Positions 23,139-25,999 of a DNA stretch of 25,999 bases are shown here, in pieces. The position numbers and the translations under genes are program-made. The DNA comes from a virus (lineage: Duplodnaviria > Caudoviricetes): positions 1-25,999 of IMG/VR virus record IMGVR_UViG_3300020381_000791. One strand, written 5' to 3'. Every line of letters begins with the position of its first letter. Positions within the stretch are counted from its first letter, which is position 1. Below the pieces are notes generated by a model, which did no database searches, was not told the origin of the DNA, and saw only the letters and a list, made by a program, of their open reading frames with translations.

Positions 23139-24037
23139 TGGCTACCGCAGCTGCAGTTAGACAACGTATTAAAGATTACCTTTATGGATCTGATTACCTC
23201 AAAAGACCATTTACAGATTTTTTAAATCAATCTGGTAATGTTTCATCAACAGACACAGTAATAACAGTTACTAACATTAATAGTTGGGCTGCTGGAGACA
23301 TTGTTGAATTTATTACTGGAGAACAAGCTTACATTAAAAGTGTTGATGTAGATAATAGTAGATTTACTGTGGCTAGAGCTTGGAACGGAACAACCGCAGC
23401 AGTTGTAACTGATTTAACTGCAATAGAAAAAAATCCTAAATTTACAATGTCTAAAATAGATAATGCAGTAGATGCAATTTTAGAAGAATTATATCCTGAA
23501 GTTTATGTTTTTAATACTGGTAGTGCTACTGCTAATAAAAACAGTTGGTATTACACAACTAACGATACAGGTTTAAAAGAAATTTTATCGTGTTATTATC
23601 CTCGTTCAGGATCTATTGGAAATGATGAGCCGTGGGTTATTAACACTTGGCGTATGACAAAACATATGCACACTTCAGGTTTTGCAAATGGAATAGGTAT
23701 AACAATGTGGGATTATGGAGAACTATCTCACGGAGATACTTTCTACTATACGTTTAAAAAGAAAATCGCTGCAACAACAGACTTACTTGATAGACAAGTA
23801 GAGCTTGTGGTTTTAGGTGCAGTATTTAAATTAATGGGATCTACTGTTCCTGCTAGCACTAACGATAGCAAGGACCAAAGACAATTAGTTCAACCAGGTC
23901 AAGAAGCTAGAGATTCAAATTGGTTTTACGGAGAATATCTTAGATCTAGAAAAGAAGAAAATATGCGTCTAAAGGAGGAAGAGCGATTTGTCTTAACTAG
24001 CAGGCAAACTAGAAGAAATAGAAATTATCGTGATTGA
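23138..24037 (+). CDS. Probable head-tail adaptor (tail tubular protein A-like) with inserted beta domain
   Basis: 299 aa. N-terminal helix, then a TVITV...AGDIV...GE...VARAWNGTTAA beta insert, IDNAVDAILEEL helix and helical C-terminus; precedes the nozzle-like gene. Confidence 0.55.
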   Translation: MATAAAVRQRIKDYLYGSDYLKRPFTDFLNQSGNVSSTDTVITVTNINSWAAGDIVEFITGEQAYIKSVDVDNSRFTVARAWNGTTAAVVTDLTAIEKNPKFTMSKIDNAVDAILEELYPEVYVFNTGSATANKNSWYYTTNDTGLKEILSCYYPRSGSIGNDEPWVINTWRMTKHMHTSGFANGIGITMWDYGELSHGDTFYYTFKKKIAATTDLLDRQVELVVLGAVFKLMGSTVPASTNDSKDQRQLVQPGQEARDSNWFYGEYLRSRKEENMRLKEEERFVLTSRQTRRNRNYRD

Positions 24038-25934
24038 CGGATATTTTCACATTAAGCTAGGAACTTATAAATATCGTTTAGCAACTAATGCAGCAGACGA
24101 TCACTACAAAGCTCGTTTACTTCCTTTAAATATATCTAATGCACAAATTGTGCAATCATCTGATCCTAAATATGATTTAAGGCCTGATACTGCCGTATGG
24201 GAATTAACTGATTGGTCTGCTGGTGAAGGATTTAAAAAATGGGATAGAGAAAAAGCAAATGGTTATGATTTTTCTACAAACATAGATGCTTTACATACTC
24301 CTGGAAGTATTCGTTTATCTCACGCAGTAGAATCTGCTGGAACAAATGTAAACAAAACAGGAACATTAGTAAAAGCTTCTGATAAATTATTACACTTTTC
24401 TTCTTCTGATGATTCAGTAGCAACTTATTCTGGAACATTAGCTAACACAACTTGGGATATTCAAGATGCTGGTAGCTCAGATATAGCAGATGACGACTAC
24501 TTTGGAGTAAGAGGAGACGGAGACGGTAAATATGTATTTATACCAGTTAGCGGAGGACTAAGTGATATATATAGATTTGAAGTTCAAAGTACTTATACTG
24601 ATGATTTTGCAGATACAGACAAATGGGTAGATACAGATAGTCAAGATGTTTTTGAAAGACCTTTGGTTAAAATTGGTAGTCATTTGTATGTAGTTCATTT
24701 AACAGGAGAAAAAATATCTGTTATAGAATACAATGCTTTTACTACTTCTTCTCCTCCAGTTACAGGATCAGAAATTTTTGTAGTGCACGAAGGAAACTTA
24801 GATGCAGGTAAAAATCAAGGAATTGTAGCTAGAGGAGATAACGAACTATTTGTTTGTGTAAGGACTAAAGCTGGTGAAAGTGTTTTATATAGAATTGTTC
24901 CTGGTACTGCTTTAGGTGATAGTTATGGAGTTGAAGTAGCACGTATGCCTGGATTTTCAGTAGATTGTATTTGGTATGCTTCAGGAGTATTACTTATGGC
25001 TGGAACTTCTACTACAACTGGAGTAGATGAACGAGTAGTTTACTACGTTAAAGGAACTGAATTTGGAACATTTGGTTTGTTAAGACAAGATGCAGACTTT
25101 ACTGCTGGTAAATTAATAACAAGTACAGATGCTTCTCGTATGGATAGAAGTTTTTTCTTAGCTCCTACTGGATCATCGGCTGATACTTGGACATTATTTA
25201 CAATAGATTTATTAACTGGTGCTATATTTGGTGGACCAGAGTTTAGTGCAGTAGTAAATCCAAATTCAGTTGTAGATTTTTTAGGTAGAGTTTTCGTTTC
25301 TGAAAACAAAGGCAGCAGCAATACACAAACTTATAGAACTGCTAGCACTTACGCTGCAAGTGGATCTTTATATAGTTCAGTTCATAACTTTGACATTGGA
25401 GAAGAAAAAACTTTAATGTCTATTAGATTAGCTACTGAACCATTACCAGCTAACACTTCAGTTCAAGTACATTACCAGAAAGACCAGGACGGAAGTTGGA
25501 CTTCTGCTGGAACATACGATACAGATAGCGGAACAGGAACAACATTTAAAATATCTACAAGTGCCTCTTCTGTGAAATTTAAAAACTTACAATTAAAAAT
25601 TACATTAAACACTAGTAACTCTGCAGTAACTCCAGTAGTTAGATCAGTTCAAGTTAGATGTACTCCTTCAGAATACGTTAAAGAGTGGGATTTAATTTTA
25701 GACATTACTGATGAAGATGCTCAAGCTCAAAGCAGAGCTTTTACTGGATCACAACTTATAGATTATATTAAAGCTGAGGCAGATACAGAAAATATTTTGA
25801 CGTTTCAAAATGGATATGAAATTTCTTCAAGTGGATCATACGATACACACAATGTAATGATTAGGGAGTACAACTTACAATTAGATACTCCTGGTCAAGG
25901 TATAGCTACTATTAAAGTTAGAGAAGTAGAATAA
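24030..25934 (+). CDS. Probable tail nozzle (tail tubular protein B-like, beta-propeller) protein
   Basis: 634 aa, Ser/Thr/Gly/Asp-rich with repeated short beta strands; TDWSAGEG near the N-terminus and KTLMSIRL...LQLKITL near the C-terminus; follows the adaptor. Confidence 0.55.
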   Translation: MIDGYFHIKLGTYKYRLATNAADDHYKARLLPLNISNAQIVQSSDPKYDLRPDTAVWELTDWSAGEGFKKWDREKANGYDFSTNIDALHTPGSIRLSHAVESAGTNVNKTGTLVKASDKLLHFSSSDDSVATYSGTLANTTWDIQDAGSSDIADDDYFGVRGDGDGKYVFIPVSGGLSDIYRFEVQSTYTDDFADTDKWVDTDSQDVFERPLVKIGSHLYVVHLTGEKISVIEYNAFTTSSPPVTGSEIFVVHEGNLDAGKNQGIVARGDNELFVCVRTKAGESVLYRIVPGTALGDSYGVEVARMPGFSVDCIWYASGVLLMAGTSTTTGVDERVVYYVKGTEFGTFGLLRQDADFTAGKLITSTDASRMDRSFFLAPTGSSADTWTLFTIDLLTGAIFGGPEFSAVVNPNSVVDFLGRVFVSENKGSSNTQTYRTASTYAASGSLYSSVHNFDIGEEKTLMSIRLATEPLPANTSVQVHYQKDQDGSWTSAGTYDTDSGTGTTFKISTSASSVKFKNLQLKITLNTSNSAVTPVVRSVQVRCTPSEYVKEWDLILDITDEDAQAQSRAFTGSQLIDYIKAEADTENILTFQNGYEISSSGSYDTHNVMIREYNLQLDTPGQGIATIKVREVE

Positions 25935-25961
25935 TGAAAACTTATAAGGTAAAATAGCAAT

Positions 25962-25999
25962 ATGTATCAACCGATTAGTGATTTTTTTGATTTAAGACC
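25962..25999 (+). CDS. Possible start of next gene (MYQPISDFFDLR...), truncated by window edge
   Basis: ATG 25962 is open to the window end and preceded by TAAAAT ending 6 nt upstream, with no SD. Confidence 0.35.
   Translation, partial: MYQPISDFFDLR

Noticed and set aside
4659-25321. Short antisense or alternate-frame ORFs in the track (e.g. 4659-4841, 5758-6180, 18782-19084, 21650-21907, 25043-25321)
   Set aside because: They lie wholly or almost wholly within longer, well-supported genes and show no recognisable motifs; treated as shadow ORFs.
25934-25957. ATG overlapping the nozzle stop (MKTYKVK*) and possible TAG readthrough or recoding
   Set aside because: Only 7 codons, and reading through TAG meets TAG-TGA shortly after. 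TAG ends genes normally at 5598 and 23138, so there is no sign of an alternative code.

Overview
A 26 kb segment of an AT-rich tailed dsDNA phage with podovirus-like gene content. The left ~3.2 kb is a minus-strand accessory block: a class II glutamine amidotransferase (absent from the ORF track, truncated by the window edge), an amidoligase, two tiny ORFs also absent from the track (a membrane protein and a CxxC-CxxC protein) and a separately terminated SSB/OB-fold-like gene. A ~1.26 kb non-coding region follows. It holds (i) a ~700-nt branched fold-back element closed by a long imperfect inverted repeat that covers the RBS of the SSB-like gene, with G-T pairs and C-GNA-G triloops on the + strand, and (ii) an array of TTAGTCCA/TGGACTAA repeats in both orientations directly upstream of a RepA/AAA_25-type helicase. 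The rest is a + strand virion module: terminase large subunit with an N-terminal HTH extension, portal, three probable internal/ejection proteins (a ~2380-aa protein ending in a thermonuclease-like domain, a lysozyme-like protein and a Pro/Ala-linker protein), scaffold, major capsid, two unknowns, a head-tail adaptor and a nozzle-like protein. The best candidate for an undescribed system is the fold-back element with its SSB-like gene, the iteron array and helicase, and possibly the virion-borne nuclease. All product calls come from motif reading by eye; no searches were run.
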